Shown: positions 39,329-49,207 of the stretch, one piece after another
Numbering within the stretch: position 1 is the first letter of the stretch
How the letters are laid out: each line of letters starts with the position of its first letter
Assembly: GCA_963777505.1 (NCBI GenBank)
Contig: CAVZQN010000011.1
Span: forward strand, 32,001 to 96,000
Reading direction: 5' to 3'
Source: an uncultured bacterium
GTDB taxonomy: Bacteria > Acidobacteriota > HRBIN11 > JAKEFK01
DNA: 64,000 nucleotides
Translations under genes and position numbers: made by a program
The notes under the pieces: generated by a model
Database searches by the model: none
Seen by the model: the letters and a program-made list of their open reading frames with translations, nothing else
What the model was told of the DNA's origin: nothing

Positions 39329-40492
39329 TTACGTTGGTGTTTTGACAGCAGAATTGACTTTGGATTGTTTTGCAAATATTGAAAGCGGCTTTACAACATC
39401 TTTTGTGTAAATTGCCTTTGTGTTTTTCAATAATTCAAGCGCATCGAGAAGCGTTTTTTCAAACGGGAAATTTGCCATGTTATTGAGGCGTTCCAATTGC
39501 GATGTCACTATCTTCTGCCGCAACTCCTTGTTGGAAACAAGTTGGTGGATCATTTCACCGAGAGCGGCAAAATCTTTTTGTTCGTTCGCAATACAACCGC
39601 CTTCGCCGGCAGTATATGGAATTGCGCAATCGCCCCAGGCAAGAACCGGTACTTTCATATGGAATGCTTCCAATAATGGCACACAGAAACCTTCATGTTC
39701 GCTCAAAATCAGCAGGATGTCTGCAAGCCTGTAATATGCGAGCAGTTCTTCAAAAGTGACATGGCCTGTATAAACGACATCTCTTAAACCCAGACGGTTC
39801 GTCATTTCGCGAAGACCATAATAATAACGATCGAAACCATTCCAAAGTCCTACAAAGATCAACCTGCTTACAGGGTTGATATATTTATGGTAGTAAGCAA
39901 AAGCCTTTAAGCTGTCTTCCAGTTTCTTGTTGGGGATGACCCGGCCGACTACTATAATGTTAGTACGATTATCATCGTACTGGCGCACAGTAATGGGGTC
40001 GGATTCCGAGTCAAATTTGTCGAAGTGAAGCTGGATTGGAAGCACGCCTGTGTTTGTGTATCCGGTTTGTTCAAGCTCCTGTCTGTTGTACTCGGAATCG
40101 GCGAGGGAAACAGGACAATAATCCCGCAGCATTTGTAATTGCTGACGCCCCAGCAAACACTGATATGCAAGGATTGTATTGACATCCACAAACCACCTGT
40201 GAGGCGTTATGTTGTGGTAAATCATCAACTTTTTTCCTTTCAGGTGTGGAATCAAATCCCCAAGCGCCGAGCCGATTGAGAAATGGACAATCATCAGAAC
40301 GTTGTCATCTTGTCTTAATGCATATTCATGAATCCCTTTTACATATTTCGCCATTCTGGGGTGAACTACTTCAGAAAAAATCTCGGATTCGTAACCGTTG
40401 GCTCTTAGGATTTTTTGAATCTCAAGTGTGTAGTCCCCGATGGCATCGCCATAACTTAGTGCTGTTAAGAATTGATGTGCTTGAGGTTTCAT
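39329..40492 (-). CDS. GT4 glycosyltransferase
   Basis: GDAIG, YHNITP, GRVIPNK, SEHEGFCVPLLE; paralogue of its neighbour. Confidence 0.9.
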   Translation of the reverse strand: MKPQAHQFLTALSYGDAIGDYTLEIQKILRANGYESEIFSEVVHPRMAKYVKGIHEYALRQDDNVLMIVHFSIGSALGDLIPHLKGKKLMIYHNITPHRWFVDVNTILAYQCLLGRQQLQMLRDYCPVSLADSEYNRQELEQTGYTNTGVLPIQLHFDKFDSESDPITVRQYDDNRTNIIVVGRVIPNKKLEDSLKAFAYYHKYINPVSRLIFVGLWNGFDRYYYGLREMTNRLGLRDVVYTGHVTFEELLAYYRLADILLILSEHEGFCVPLLEAFHMKVPVLAWGDCAIPYTAGEGGCIANEQKDFAALGEMIHQLVSNKELRQKIVTSQLERLNNMANFPFEKTLLDALELLKNTKAIYTKDVVKPLSIFAKQSKVNSAVKTPT

Positions 40493-40509
40493 TCTTTGCG
40501 TCTTCGAAT

Positions 40510-40668
40510 TAGCCCCCGGCGTAAGCCGGGGGTTAAATATGCATTTAGTGATCTAGCCCGCCCGAAGGAGCGGGCGTAAGAGTGTTCATAATAACTGTCT
40601 TTCGCCCGCTTTGAAGCGGGCTGGTTCATTTACTCAATCCATTACCCCCGGCTTACGCCGGGGGCTAG
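40510..40668. mobile_element. ~159-bp nested palindromic element (REPIN/MITE-like), copy 1
   Basis: TAGCCCCCGGCGTAAGCCGGGGG...AGCCCGC..GCGGGC...GCCCGC..GCGGGCT...CCCCCGGCTTACGCCGGGGGCTAG. Confidence 0.75.
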
Positions 40669-40671
40669 CGG

Positions 40672-41841
40672 TTAATTTTTTACTGCGTTCATTAAGTTCA
40701 AGTATTTTTGCTCTATGATTTCCCAGCGATAATTTTCCTGATAAAAGCGGTTCCCATTTCTTCCGAGCCGGGTACGCAGATCCGGATACTTTCGCAAATA
40801 GTCCAAGGAACGTTTAAATTCCTGATAGTCCGTATAAAAAAGGCCGGCATTGCTTCGAATGCTTTGTCCCATTAATACCGGACAATTCGCGTTAGCAAGT
40901 GTTGGTTTGCTCATGCCCCATGCTTCCAGCATCACCATTGATAGACTCTCAAAAAAAGAAGGCATCATGAGAAGTTCACAACCCGCAAGTGCATTAAATT
41001 TGTCATGATCTTCAAGAACTCCGGCTTGAATCACTGAAGGATGATCCGGAAGCTTCATGATTGGAGCTCCGATCAACACCAGTTTTACACTCGATTTGCT
41101 TTCAAGAATGTATCGCGTAAAAAAATCAAACAATTGTTTGCAGCCTTTGTTTTCATCGATTCGACCGATATAGAGCAGGTAAGGGCCATCCAGTTTGAAC
41201 TTTCTACGAAAAGCTTCACCATCTGCTGAAGCCGGCACTTCAGATCCAACTCCAACGACTTCTCCGGGGATGTGATAATTCGAACTTAAGGATTGAATCA
41301 TCCTTCGTTCTTCAACAGAGTTGTAGACAAAAGCGCGAGGAAGGTTAAAAAGATTCTTAAAAATAGAAAATTGCACAATTGCATCTTCTTCTGCTGTTGG
41401 AACAAGCAGGCTTTTATGTGGAACAGTCTGAAGGCCGAAGTAGCTATGATAATAACGGTACGAAAAAAAGATAAAGAAATCATACACATCACGCGAACGC
41501 CGTATATGGCGGATCAATTCCGGCGAATTCGGGCCTTGTTCATCAACCCATCGCAGTTCATCTTCATCTGTATGAGCGTATCTCAACAGTTCTTCTTGAA
41601 GTCTGCCGAAACTCAAAGGGTTCCTTTCTTTTTCAACACGGAAGCGTTTGACTGAAACACCATTAATTTTTTCATTCCCTTCCGGATAATGATTCCGCCA
41701 ACGAATGTAATCTGTGGCACATGTTGTCAGTACGTCCACTTCGGCATGTTTTAAAAGACGTTCAGCTACATAACGGCAATGGAGTTCTGCTCCGCCGCTA
41801 ATATCGAGTCCATAACGTTGTACTACGAATGCAATTTTCAT
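40672..41841 (-). CDS. GT4 glycosyltransferase
   Basis: VVQRYG..GGAE, PTAEED, GRIDENKG, ESLSMVMLE. Confidence 0.9.
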   Translation of the reverse strand: MKIAFVVQRYGLDISGGAELHCRYVAERLLKHAEVDVLTTCATDYIRWRNHYPEGNEKINGVSVKRFRVEKERNPLSFGRLQEELLRYAHTDEDELRWVDEQGPNSPELIRHIRRSRDVYDFFIFFSYRYYHSYFGLQTVPHKSLLVPTAEEDAIVQFSIFKNLFNLPRAFVYNSVEERRMIQSLSSNYHIPGEVVGVGSEVPASADGEAFRRKFKLDGPYLLYIGRIDENKGCKQLFDFFTRYILESKSSVKLVLIGAPIMKLPDHPSVIQAGVLEDHDKFNALAGCELLMMPSFFESLSMVMLEAWGMSKPTLANANCPVLMGQSIRSNAGLFYTDYQEFKRSLDYLRKYPDLRTRLGRNGNRFYQENYRWEIIEQKYLNLMNAVKN

Positions 41842-41857
41842 TTTGTGTGTATGAGAT

Positions 41858-41887
41858 AAAAACGGGGGCGGTCAATTCGCCGCCCCC
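41858..41887 (-). terminator. Intrinsic terminator
   Basis: GGGGGCGGCGAATTGACCGCCCCC followed by GTTTTT on the minus strand. Confidence 0.65.
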
Positions 41888-41911
41888 AGAAATTCTGGCT
41901 GGAATGCTTAT

Positions 41912-42502
41912 TTATGCCTGCGGCTCCTCCGCGACAGGCGTTCTGGAACCCGGACGTGGGTGCCTGCTTCGCATTTCTCCGGACTGCTCGCGCCGCGGAT
42001 GGCGGGTACGCCGGAAATTTTGATGATTGGCACGTGCATGATCCCGGCTATGCTGAGGTCCTGATCTTCGTTTTATCTGATGCATCTCAACCCGAAGAGC
42101 AGCATTCTTGCCGATTAAATCCTGAATCGACTTCAGGTAAAAATTGTTGAGCAACGAAAGCCGGTTAACCTCATGGGCCAGTGGATCCAGATTAATGAAA
42201 AGTTTGGTGATCGGCTTCAAAATTTTTCGAATTAAGCCGATCAGGCTTCCAACTCCCGGACGGGAGGAGGAATAGAGGGTACGTGGATCATACGGTTCAA
42301 ATACCGTGTGTTGTCGGATTTCATCCACGGTGGAGTCAGGAATTTGAGCTGCTTGTGCAAGTGAAATCAGTTCACTTTTTGCTTCCCTTCTCACTTTCTC
42401 TTCAAGTGTCAATTCGGTGCGGTTACTTGAAGCCGACTGCCGAATTTTCTTCATGATCTCTACCACATCAACTTGATGGGAAGGGATCTTGTTATCCTTC
42501 AT
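41912..42502 (-). CDS. Hypothetical coiled-coil protein of the glycan cluster
   Basis: VDVVEIMKKIR and SSRPGVGSLIGLIRK motifs; GAGGAG RBS; basic disordered tail. Confidence 0.65.
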   Translation of the reverse strand: MKDNKIPSHQVDVVEIMKKIRQSASSNRTELTLEEKVRREAKSELISLAQAAQIPDSTVDEIRQHTVFEPYDPRTLYSSSRPGVGSLIGLIRKILKPITKLFINLDPLAHEVNRLSLLNNFYLKSIQDLIGKNAALRVEMHQIKRRSGPQHSRDHARANHQNFRRTRHPRREQSGEMRSRHPRPGSRTPVAEEPQA

Positions 42503-42529
42503 AGGGTCTCCTCGTTTAGCCCTTCACTT

Positions 42530-43483
42530 CTAATCAAATAATCCGCGTAAAACAGGGAAATAGATGATACCCACACATGTCAAAATCCAAAAAATAATTG
42601 AAATCAGCAATGGCTTGTCCGACACAAGATGCCGACTGGGTATCCCTCCACCTTGTTCCCTGTGAATCAAATAGAGATAGCGAAAAATTCCAAAAATCAC
42701 AAATGGAACCGTGAAATAGAGTTTATCTGTATGGAATTTTGCTATCGTTTCCGATGATACTGTGTACTGAGTATAAGACAGCACACAGGAGGCTGTAACA
42801 ACGCCTATCATTTGATCTAGAAGGTACGGGCTGTATTGCGCCAGATTTGAACGATGTTTTGCAGCATCCGCTGATAGAAACACCAGTTCATGGCGCCGTT
42901 TACTAAGCGCTAAAAATAGCGCTAACAAAAATGTACAGAGCAGCAGCCAGAAAGAAGCATCCGCCCCTATTGCTTTACTTCCTGCAATTGCTCTCAAAAC
43001 AAATCCGATTGAAATCGCAAACACATCCAGGATTGCGATTTTCTTAAAGTAAAACGTATAACCAACTGTTACCGCTGTGTAGAGTAAAGCCATCTGCAAG
43101 AATCCATTTCCAATCAGGTAAGCCAATACCAGAGCTGTAATGTAAAGAACGACTCCAGCTGTCGTGGCAACACTCCGGCTTAATCTTCCACTCGCGACTG
43201 GCCTGGTCCGTTTTTCAGGATGAAAACGGTCCTGTTCATAATCAATGACATCATTGATGAGATAAACGGCGCCAGATAACAAACAGAAATCTAAGAAAGC
43301 TGCAACTGAAAACAAAACCGACTTTGTATCCCAAAGACGATTCGCAAAAACAAGCGCAGCAAAAACGACAAGATTCTTAGTCCATTGTTCTGGCCGGAGG
43401 GATAATAGAAAATCTTTCAAAGACGCTGAATTCTTTGTTTCAATGAGCTGCTCAGGTACTGCTGTAGCTGCGGTTTCCTTCAT
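42530..43483 (-). CDS. UbiA-family decaprenyl-phosphate phosphoribosyltransferase-like
   Basis: LRPEQWTKN, YLINDVID..D..HPEKRTRP, GFVLRA, KRRHE, RYLYL. Confidence 0.88.
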   Translation of the reverse strand: MKETAATAVPEQLIETKNSASLKDFLLSLRPEQWTKNLVVFAALVFANRLWDTKSVLFSVAAFLDFCLLSGAVYLINDVIDYEQDRFHPEKRTRPVASGRLSRSVATTAGVVLYITALVLAYLIGNGFLQMALLYTAVTVGYTFYFKKIAILDVFAISIGFVLRAIAGSKAIGADASFWLLLCTFLLALFLALSKRRHELVFLSADAAKHRSNLAQYSPYLLDQMIGVVTASCVLSYTQYTVSSETIAKFHTDKLYFTVPFVIFGIFRYLYLIHREQGGGIPSRHLVSDKPLLISIIFWILTCVGIIYFPVLRGLFD

Positions 43484-43586
43484 TCGAAAAGATCAAATTC
43501 TTGTAGCGGTAACAGCTCATTATATGACAGAAGCCGTTTGGATGTCAAAGGAAACTGCCTAAAATCAATATGTTAGAGGCAAGATA

Positions 43587-43618
43587 AATGCGGAGTGCGG
43601 AATTCGGAATGCGGAATG
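43587..43618. repeat. Heptamer tandem repeat (AATGCGG)n
   Basis: AATGCGG AGTGCGG AATTCGG AATGCGG AATG. Confidence 0.7.
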
Positions 43619-43634
43619 AGACCAGATCCCCGTC

Positions 43635-43907
43635 TTATTTGTTGGTTGCTGCCCGATGATCATCCATTATTTTCTGAACAATTTCCTTAGACTGGAGCAG
43701 CCCTTCCATAATCATCTGCATATCCAGGCTGGGTTCTTCAGGTTTTTGTTTGTTTCTGCAATAAATTCCGTGTTTTCCTGCAACAATTAAGGAATCGGTA
43801 AGCAAATCGAGCAAAACCGCAAGTTTGCCCTGTGTAGGACCCATCATCATTTCATGTTCTTCTATTTTTTCGCTATGGACTTCAAAAACCGAGCGTTTCT
43901 TGTTCAT
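43635..43907 (-). CDS. Hypothetical protein
   Basis: 90-aa ORF with protein-like composition (LAVLLDLLTDSLI..HGIYC). Confidence 0.65.
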   Translation of the reverse strand: MNKKRSVFEVHSEKIEEHEMMMGPTQGKLAVLLDLLTDSLIVAGKHGIYCRNKQKPEEPSLDMQMIMEGLLQSKEIVQKIMDDHRAATNK

Positions 43908-43940
43908 GGGATCTAAATTACATCAGGATAGAGTTCTATG

Positions 43941-44016
43941 GTAGTGGCAGGTCTAAGACCCGCCCGAATGTGTTAAAAATTGATTTTGACGGGCGGGTCT
44001 GTAGACCCGCCCCTAC
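43941..44016. repeat. GTAG-type REP doublet
   Basis: GTAGTGGCAGGTCTAAGACCCGCCC ... GGGCGGGTCTGTAGACCCGCCCCTAC. Confidence 0.8.
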
Positions 44017-44171
44017 GCGATTTGCTCGCAAGTGGTTGACACTACTATATTTCAGTGATATATTTTCAACGCGTTTTGGTATGTGTCTATAAATGGTTGT
44101 GCTATAAAGACATAGTTTGAGTCTATCGAATAGCATAGATTTGAGGTTTACAAAAAAAAAATAGTTAGGAG

Positions 44172-45659
44172 ATGAGGATGAACAAAGGAAAGCCCAGCGT
44201 TCTTCTAATCAATCCCACCTTCAACGTGCACGAGCACTATGGAAAGCTTAGCGATGCGGCATCTCTCTTGTTGCCCGTTTCTCTTCTATATCTCGGAGGC
44301 ATGTTAGAAGCCGAGGGGATTGAAGTTCGGATTATGGATGGTCAATGTGATGACCTTTCCGAAGCAGAACTTTGTAAGAATATTAAAGAGATGAACCCCT
44401 TATTTGTCGGCATTACAATGCTGACTCCTACGGCGTTTGATTCTTATAAATTAGCAGCACTCGTTAAAAAGAATTTTCCCAAAGTGTATGTACTGGCCGG
44501 CGGAACTCATCCGACGGTTCTTCCTGATGAAGTCATGGAAGATCGCAACATTGATTTGATTGCGATCAGCGAAGCAGAACACACGATGATTGACGTTTAT
44601 AACGTTCTTTCAGAGGGTTGGGATGCTTCGGCACTGAAAAACATTCCGGGAATTGTTTTCCGTGATGGCGATGAAGTTGTAAAAACAGCGGATCGTCCGT
44701 TATTTTCAGATCTGGATAAATTGCCTATGCCGATGTGGCATGGTGTAAAGATGGATCTGTATCACCAGGTTCCTGATAGCCAGTTTGCGCGTCCGATGCG
44801 CGTCATGATGTCTTCACGTGGATGCCCCTTTAAATGCATCTTCTGTTCAGCGCGTCAGGTGTCGGGATTTAAATATCGTGCACATTCGGCTGAGCGTGTT
44901 GTGGATGAAATGGAAATACTTCACAACAAGTATCAAGCGCGGCAGATCATCTTCCTGGATGATAATTTCATCATCAGTAAAAAGCGTGTTTTCGAAATCT
45001 GCGAAAGAATCCAGCAGAAAGGTTTACACAAGAAACTGTTGTGGACCGCTGCAGGCCGTGCCGATGAAGTAACTGAGCCTTTATTAAAGGCGATGAAAGA
45101 TGCGAATTGCAAAATGATTTCATTCGGTATCGAAAGTGGTTCACCACGCTTACTTGAACTGATGAAAAAAGGTGAAAAGAAAGAGCACATCGTAAAAGCT
45201 GTTGCAATGGCTCGCAAAGCTAAATTGAAAACTCGTGGAACTCTCATCCTTGGTTTCCCAACGGAAACGCGCGATGAGTCCCTCGAAACGATTCAATTTG
45301 CAAAAGACCTGGGATTGGATTTTGCGAAATTCTCGCTTGCAACTCCATATCCAGGAACAGCTCTTTATAATATTGCGCTGGAGCGCGGATTAATCAGTGG
45401 TAGAGATTGGTCCCGTTTCAATTCTCAAGCCGGATACTCGACTTATGATCCGGTCTTCATTCCTGAAGGCCGTACCGGCAAAGAGATGAAAGAACTTCAG
45501 CGTTATGCAACGAAGTCGTTTTATCTCCGCCCCAGACAGATTGCCGAACTGGTGACTCATATCACTGGATGGGCAGACATTAAACTGTATCTGGAAGTCG
45601 TGAGGGAGATTATTACGGCTAGACGGACTCAAACAGGAGAGGCTTTCCTCAACCATTAA
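44172..45659 (+). CDS. B12-binding radical SAM protein
   Basis: GGTHPT B12 domain, SRGCPFKCIFC (CX3CX2C), DDNF, GIESGS, PYPGT. Confidence 0.92.
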   Translation: MRMNKGKPSVLLINPTFNVHEHYGKLSDAASLLLPVSLLYLGGMLEAEGIEVRIMDGQCDDLSEAELCKNIKEMNPLFVGITMLTPTAFDSYKLAALVKKNFPKVYVLAGGTHPTVLPDEVMEDRNIDLIAISEAEHTMIDVYNVLSEGWDASALKNIPGIVFRDGDEVVKTADRPLFSDLDKLPMPMWHGVKMDLYHQVPDSQFARPMRVMMSSRGCPFKCIFCSARQVSGFKYRAHSAERVVDEMEILHNKYQARQIIFLDDNFIISKKRVFEICERIQQKGLHKKLLWTAAGRADEVTEPLLKAMKDANCKMISFGIESGSPRLLELMKKGEKKEHIVKAVAMARKAKLKTRGTLILGFPTETRDESLETIQFAKDLGLDFAKFSLATPYPGTALYNIALERGLISGRDWSRFNSQAGYSTYDPVFIPEGRTGKEMKELQRYATKSFYLRPRQIAELVTHITGWADIKLYLEVVREIITARRTQTGEAFLNH

Positions 45660-45676
45660 AAAACGCGATATATTCC

Positions 45677-45708
45677 AAAGCCCGGTCTTTGTGCCGGGCT
45701 TTTTTTTT
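45677..45708 (+). terminator. Intrinsic terminator
   Basis: AAAGCCCGG-TCTTTGTG-CCGGGC followed by a T run. Confidence 0.8.
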
Positions 45709-45793
45709 GATCCGTAAACTCTGTGGTAAGATGATTGTCTCGCCAGGAGAGTTTCGGAAGTTTTACGTTATACTCCTTGGACCAATAACAACA

Positions 45794-48112
45794 GTGACCA
45801 CAGAAAACCCTAATACTATTGATGTAGAAAAAGCGCTCGCGGGCAAATATAAGATTATTTCCCGAATTGGCAGCGGTGGTTTTGCCGATGTCTTCCTTGG
45901 GGAACAATTATTGTTGTCCCGAAAAGTCGCGATCAAAATCCTTCATGCCCATTATGCACGTCAACCTGATCTACTAAAGCGATTTCAGAGAGAAGCCAAA
46001 TCGGCCGCATCACTTTCACATCCGAATATCATCGACGTCTATGACGTAGGCGAGGCGGAAGGCGTTCATTACATCGTAATGAAATACATTGAAGGTGAAA
46101 CTTTACATTCAAGGATTCATCGCGAGGTACGGATATCCTCGGCTGCCGCAGTTCATATTATCCGTCAGCTGGCTGAAGCTCTGGATTATGCGCATGCAAA
46201 CAATGTAATCCATCGTGATATCAAACCGGCGAATGTGATGATGGATAACTATAGCAGGCCGATGCTAATGGATTTTGGAGTCGCGCGCGTTCAATTCGAA
46301 GGCAATCTTACAAAAACAGGTACAGTCCTTGGAACTCCACATTATTTACCGCCAGAACAACCTCTCGGTAAACCAACGGATGCGCGCAGCGATATCTATA
46401 GTCTTGGAATCATGTTTTATGAAATGCTTGCAGGCCATCTTCCATTTACCGATGAAAATGCAGTAGCTGTGCTGTTCAAACACATTAATGAACCCGCTCA
46501 ACAATTAAGCATAGTATTGCCTGACATTCATCCGGAGTTGGAAAACCTTGTTCATAAAATGATCGCAAAGGAGCCGGCGAAAAGGCCTCAGTCCGCTGCC
46601 GAAGTTGCCGACACGTTGCAGCTGCTCAGCGTGGTGTATCCTGCGCCTACCCCTGTCGCTGCGCGAAAGAGCCTACCTGGTATAAGTGAAAATACCGAAC
46701 AGCTTTTCTTGCTAGCACGTGAACACGTTGACCAAAATAAATTAGATAAAGCCTTAGAACTTTATACGGTAATCACACAGAGACAACCGCAAAATACAAC
46801 TGCGAAGTCCGAGATTAGCAAAATTCTTAGAGTAGTGTTTACGCGGATTCAGGAACATTCTTCAAAGCAAGAATTTAATGAAGCTCAGAATCTCTTGCGT
46901 TCGCTTAAACCCATGGTCCATAACAACGACCGTTTCGAAAATTTACGGGCAATGGTTGATCTTGAAGAAAGATTGTGGGCAGAAAAGCAAGGAACCATGC
47001 AAAGTATGGATTCTGATGTAATCAATCAGATGATTAATGACGAAGCGGATAAAAGGCAACAAGAAGCTCCGGCATCGATTCCGCCAACATCCATTAATCA
47101 ACCGATGCAGCCACCGCCTTCCGTTGTAACCACAACGAAGCCAAAATCGTCAATGTTTCGTCTGGGTGCTTTAGTCGTGGCAGGATTAGTATTGCTCGGT
47201 GCCACTTTATTTTTGGTACGGATGAAGTCAGGTTCCAACGAAAACGACGGCAATGAGCAGATCGATCATTTACGTCGCCTTAATGAAAAGAAGATGAGTG
47301 AACAACCTACTCCCTCCGCAGTGCCTGTGCTGGGCCAAATTAACGTGACTTCCGAGCCAGCTGGTGCGACTGTATTCGTTGGTGATGAGAAAAAAGGTGT
47401 AACTCCCGTTCAACTTACTCAATTAGCGATCGGTCCATATTCAGTTCAATTAAAGCTTGAAGGGTATGAAGACTTTAAGCAGGATGTTCAGTTAACCGCA
47501 GAACAAACAAGCATCGATCTGCCTGTAGTCTTAAAAGCCGCCAAGCCGGTTGAGGCGCGTGGCACTCTTAACCTTGTTTCAGTGCCTGACGGTGCTGAAG
47601 TATCGCTGAATGGCAAAGTTCTGGGCAAAACTCCATTCCGCTGGCGAAATGCTCCAGTTGGACAACATGCACTCTTATTCAAAAAAGAAGGTTATCTGGA
47701 TCGTACGCTAACGGTACCTGTGTTGGAAGGGAAGACAGCATCTTTTGAAACTCAATTAATGGAGATTCCAAAAGAAGTTGTGCCAGAAGTTCCAGTTGCC
47801 CCTGTGATTACGCCAGGGACTCTTGTTGAATTAGGATCGCCTGGAGTCGTTCCGCCAAAAATTTTGAAGAGAAATATTGCTGAATTCTCGGCCGCGATGA
47901 AGAAATTAAAACGTGAAGGAAGCGTTCGATTAAATCTTTTGATTTCTGAAACAGGACAAGTCATTGCAGTAAAAGTTCTTGAATCATCACACCCTGTACT
48001 TGACACGGCTGCAACGAAACTTGTGAAAGATTGGACTTATACTCCCGCAACTAAAGATGGTGTCCCTGTACGCGTTTGGTACCCTGCCTCTATTAATTTC
48101 AAGAAAGATTAA
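45794..48112 (+). CDS. Ser/Thr kinase - TM - 2x PEGA - TonB C-terminal fusion (start approximate)
   Basis: IGSGGFA, HRDIKPAN, DFG, GTPHYLPPE; TM; SEPAGATV and SVPDGAEV (PEGA); EGSVRL..ISETG..WTYTPATKDG (TonB_C). Confidence 0.88.
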   Translation: MTTENPNTIDVEKALAGKYKIISRIGSGGFADVFLGEQLLLSRKVAIKILHAHYARQPDLLKRFQREAKSAASLSHPNIIDVYDVGEAEGVHYIVMKYIEGETLHSRIHREVRISSAAAVHIIRQLAEALDYAHANNVIHRDIKPANVMMDNYSRPMLMDFGVARVQFEGNLTKTGTVLGTPHYLPPEQPLGKPTDARSDIYSLGIMFYEMLAGHLPFTDENAVAVLFKHINEPAQQLSIVLPDIHPELENLVHKMIAKEPAKRPQSAAEVADTLQLLSVVYPAPTPVAARKSLPGISENTEQLFLLAREHVDQNKLDKALELYTVITQRQPQNTTAKSEISKILRVVFTRIQEHSSKQEFNEAQNLLRSLKPMVHNNDRFENLRAMVDLEERLWAEKQGTMQSMDSDVINQMINDEADKRQQEAPASIPPTSINQPMQPPPSVVTTTKPKSSMFRLGALVVAGLVLLGATLFLVRMKSGSNENDGNEQIDHLRRLNEKKMSEQPTPSAVPVLGQINVTSEPAGATVFVGDEKKGVTPVQLTQLAIGPYSVQLKLEGYEDFKQDVQLTAEQTSIDLPVVLKAAKPVEARGTLNLVSVPDGAEVSLNGKVLGKTPFRWRNAPVGQHALLFKKEGYLDRTLTVPVLEGKTASFETQLMEIPKEVVPEVPVAPVITPGTLVELGSPGVVPPKILKRNIAEFSAAMKKLKREGSVRLNLLISETGQVIAVKVLESSHPVLDTAATKLVKDWTYTPATKDGVPVRVWYPASINFKKD

Positions 48113-48138
48113 CCGCAGAGTACGCCGAGGTCGCAGAG
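48111..48138. repeat. ACC(A/G)CAGAG-family short repeat
   Basis: AACCGCAGAGTACGCCGAGGTCGCAGAG; relatives at 1880, 6881, 15872, 16097, 18812, 23942, 32603, 38231, 45711 and 53807. Confidence 0.6.
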
Positions 48139-48185
48139 ATTTGTTAAGGGCCGAATCCGATCGAACTCGACCCTTATTATTCAAT

Positions 48186-48563
48186 CTATTTCATTGAGTG
48201 AAGTCCGATTCTGTTTCCTTCTGAATCTTTAAAGATCCCGATGAAACCATGCTCACCTATGCCGTTTTTCCCTTCAATGGTTTTACCGCCACTTTTTTCA
48301 ACATTCTTCAGTACGGCTTCAATATCGTCTACTGAAAAATAGACTAATGTTCCATTCTCTGACGGTGCATACCCTTCTGCTTTCAGGAGTGAACCGCCTG
48401 CACCAGCGCCTTCTTTGTCCATCGGGAACATGGCCATTTTTGTGGGGCCCATTTCATTGAGCGTAAGCTCAACTCCGAAGGTTGACTCATAGAATTTTGT
48501 TGCTCTGCTGAGATCATTTACTGGAATTTCGAACCAGTTAATTGGGTTTGGTTTCAGTGCCAT
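48186..48563 (-). CDS. VOC family protein
   Basis: NWFEIP, FYESTFG, DSEGNRIGLHS. Confidence 0.9.
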   Translation of the reverse strand: MALKPNPINWFEIPVNDLSRATKFYESTFGVELTLNEMGPTKMAMFPMDKEGAGAGGSLLKAEGYAPSENGTLVYFSVDDIEAVLKNVEKSGGKTIEGKNGIGEHGFIGIFKDSEGNRIGLHSMK

Positions 48564-48726
48564 ATTAATTCTCCTTATGTTGAGGGGTTATTCTGAGTTA
48601 AGTTCATATTTAGATATAGAACGAATAGGAACTAAGGAATTCGACATCCTTATTAATATAAATATAAGACTTCCTGTTCGCCTTTTGGGACTCATGGGAT
48701 TTGTCAGGGGATGAGCAGTCAATGTT

Positions 48727-49179
48727 ATGATCAAGTTAATGAATGAATCGTGGAAGTTCTGCATCGAAGAGCGGGTTCGATGGGGAGATGTGGATGCTGC
48801 ACGTATTATTTTCTATGGTGCATACATTCGTTTTTTTGAGTTTGCAGAAACTGAATTATTTCGTTCAGTCGGTTTTCCCTACAGCGTAATCTTCGATCAA
48901 CTGGATGTCTGGCTGCCGCGGGCTCACATTGAATGCGACTTTCTAAAAGCTGCACAATTGGATGATCTCTTGCGGGTCTGCGTGTTTGTGGGGCATGTTG
49001 GTACTAAATCCCTTCGCTTGAATTTTGAAGTTCGAAGAAAAGGTGAAGTTGATCTTATTGCGAAGGCTCACTTTATTTTAGTTTCTGTGCGAAGGGACAC
49101 ATTTGAAACAGTTTCCGTTCCCGAAATGCTGATTGAGAAGCTTGAGCCTTATACAGACCCCTCTTTTAAACGTAAGTAA
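48727..49179 (+). CDS. 4HBT/YbgC-family acyl-CoA thioesterase
   Basis: VRWGDVDAARIIFY..Y.RFFE. Confidence 0.88.
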   Translation: MIKLMNESWKFCIEERVRWGDVDAARIIFYGAYIRFFEFAETELFRSVGFPYSVIFDQLDVWLPRAHIECDFLKAAQLDDLLRVCVFVGHVGTKSLRLNFEVRRKGEVDLIAKAHFILVSVRRDTFETVSVPEMLIEKLEPYTDPSFKRK

Positions 49180-49207
49180 CTACTCTTTTGGTCTGTGGTA
49201 GGGTTTA

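Noticed and set aside
40510-40668. Possible CRISPR array
   Set aside because: Repeats are inverted, not direct with unique spacers, and no cas genes are present
48618-48650. ECF-type promoter TGTCGA-N17-CGTTC upstream of the VOC gene
   Set aside because: Single weak match with no cognate sigma factor nearby
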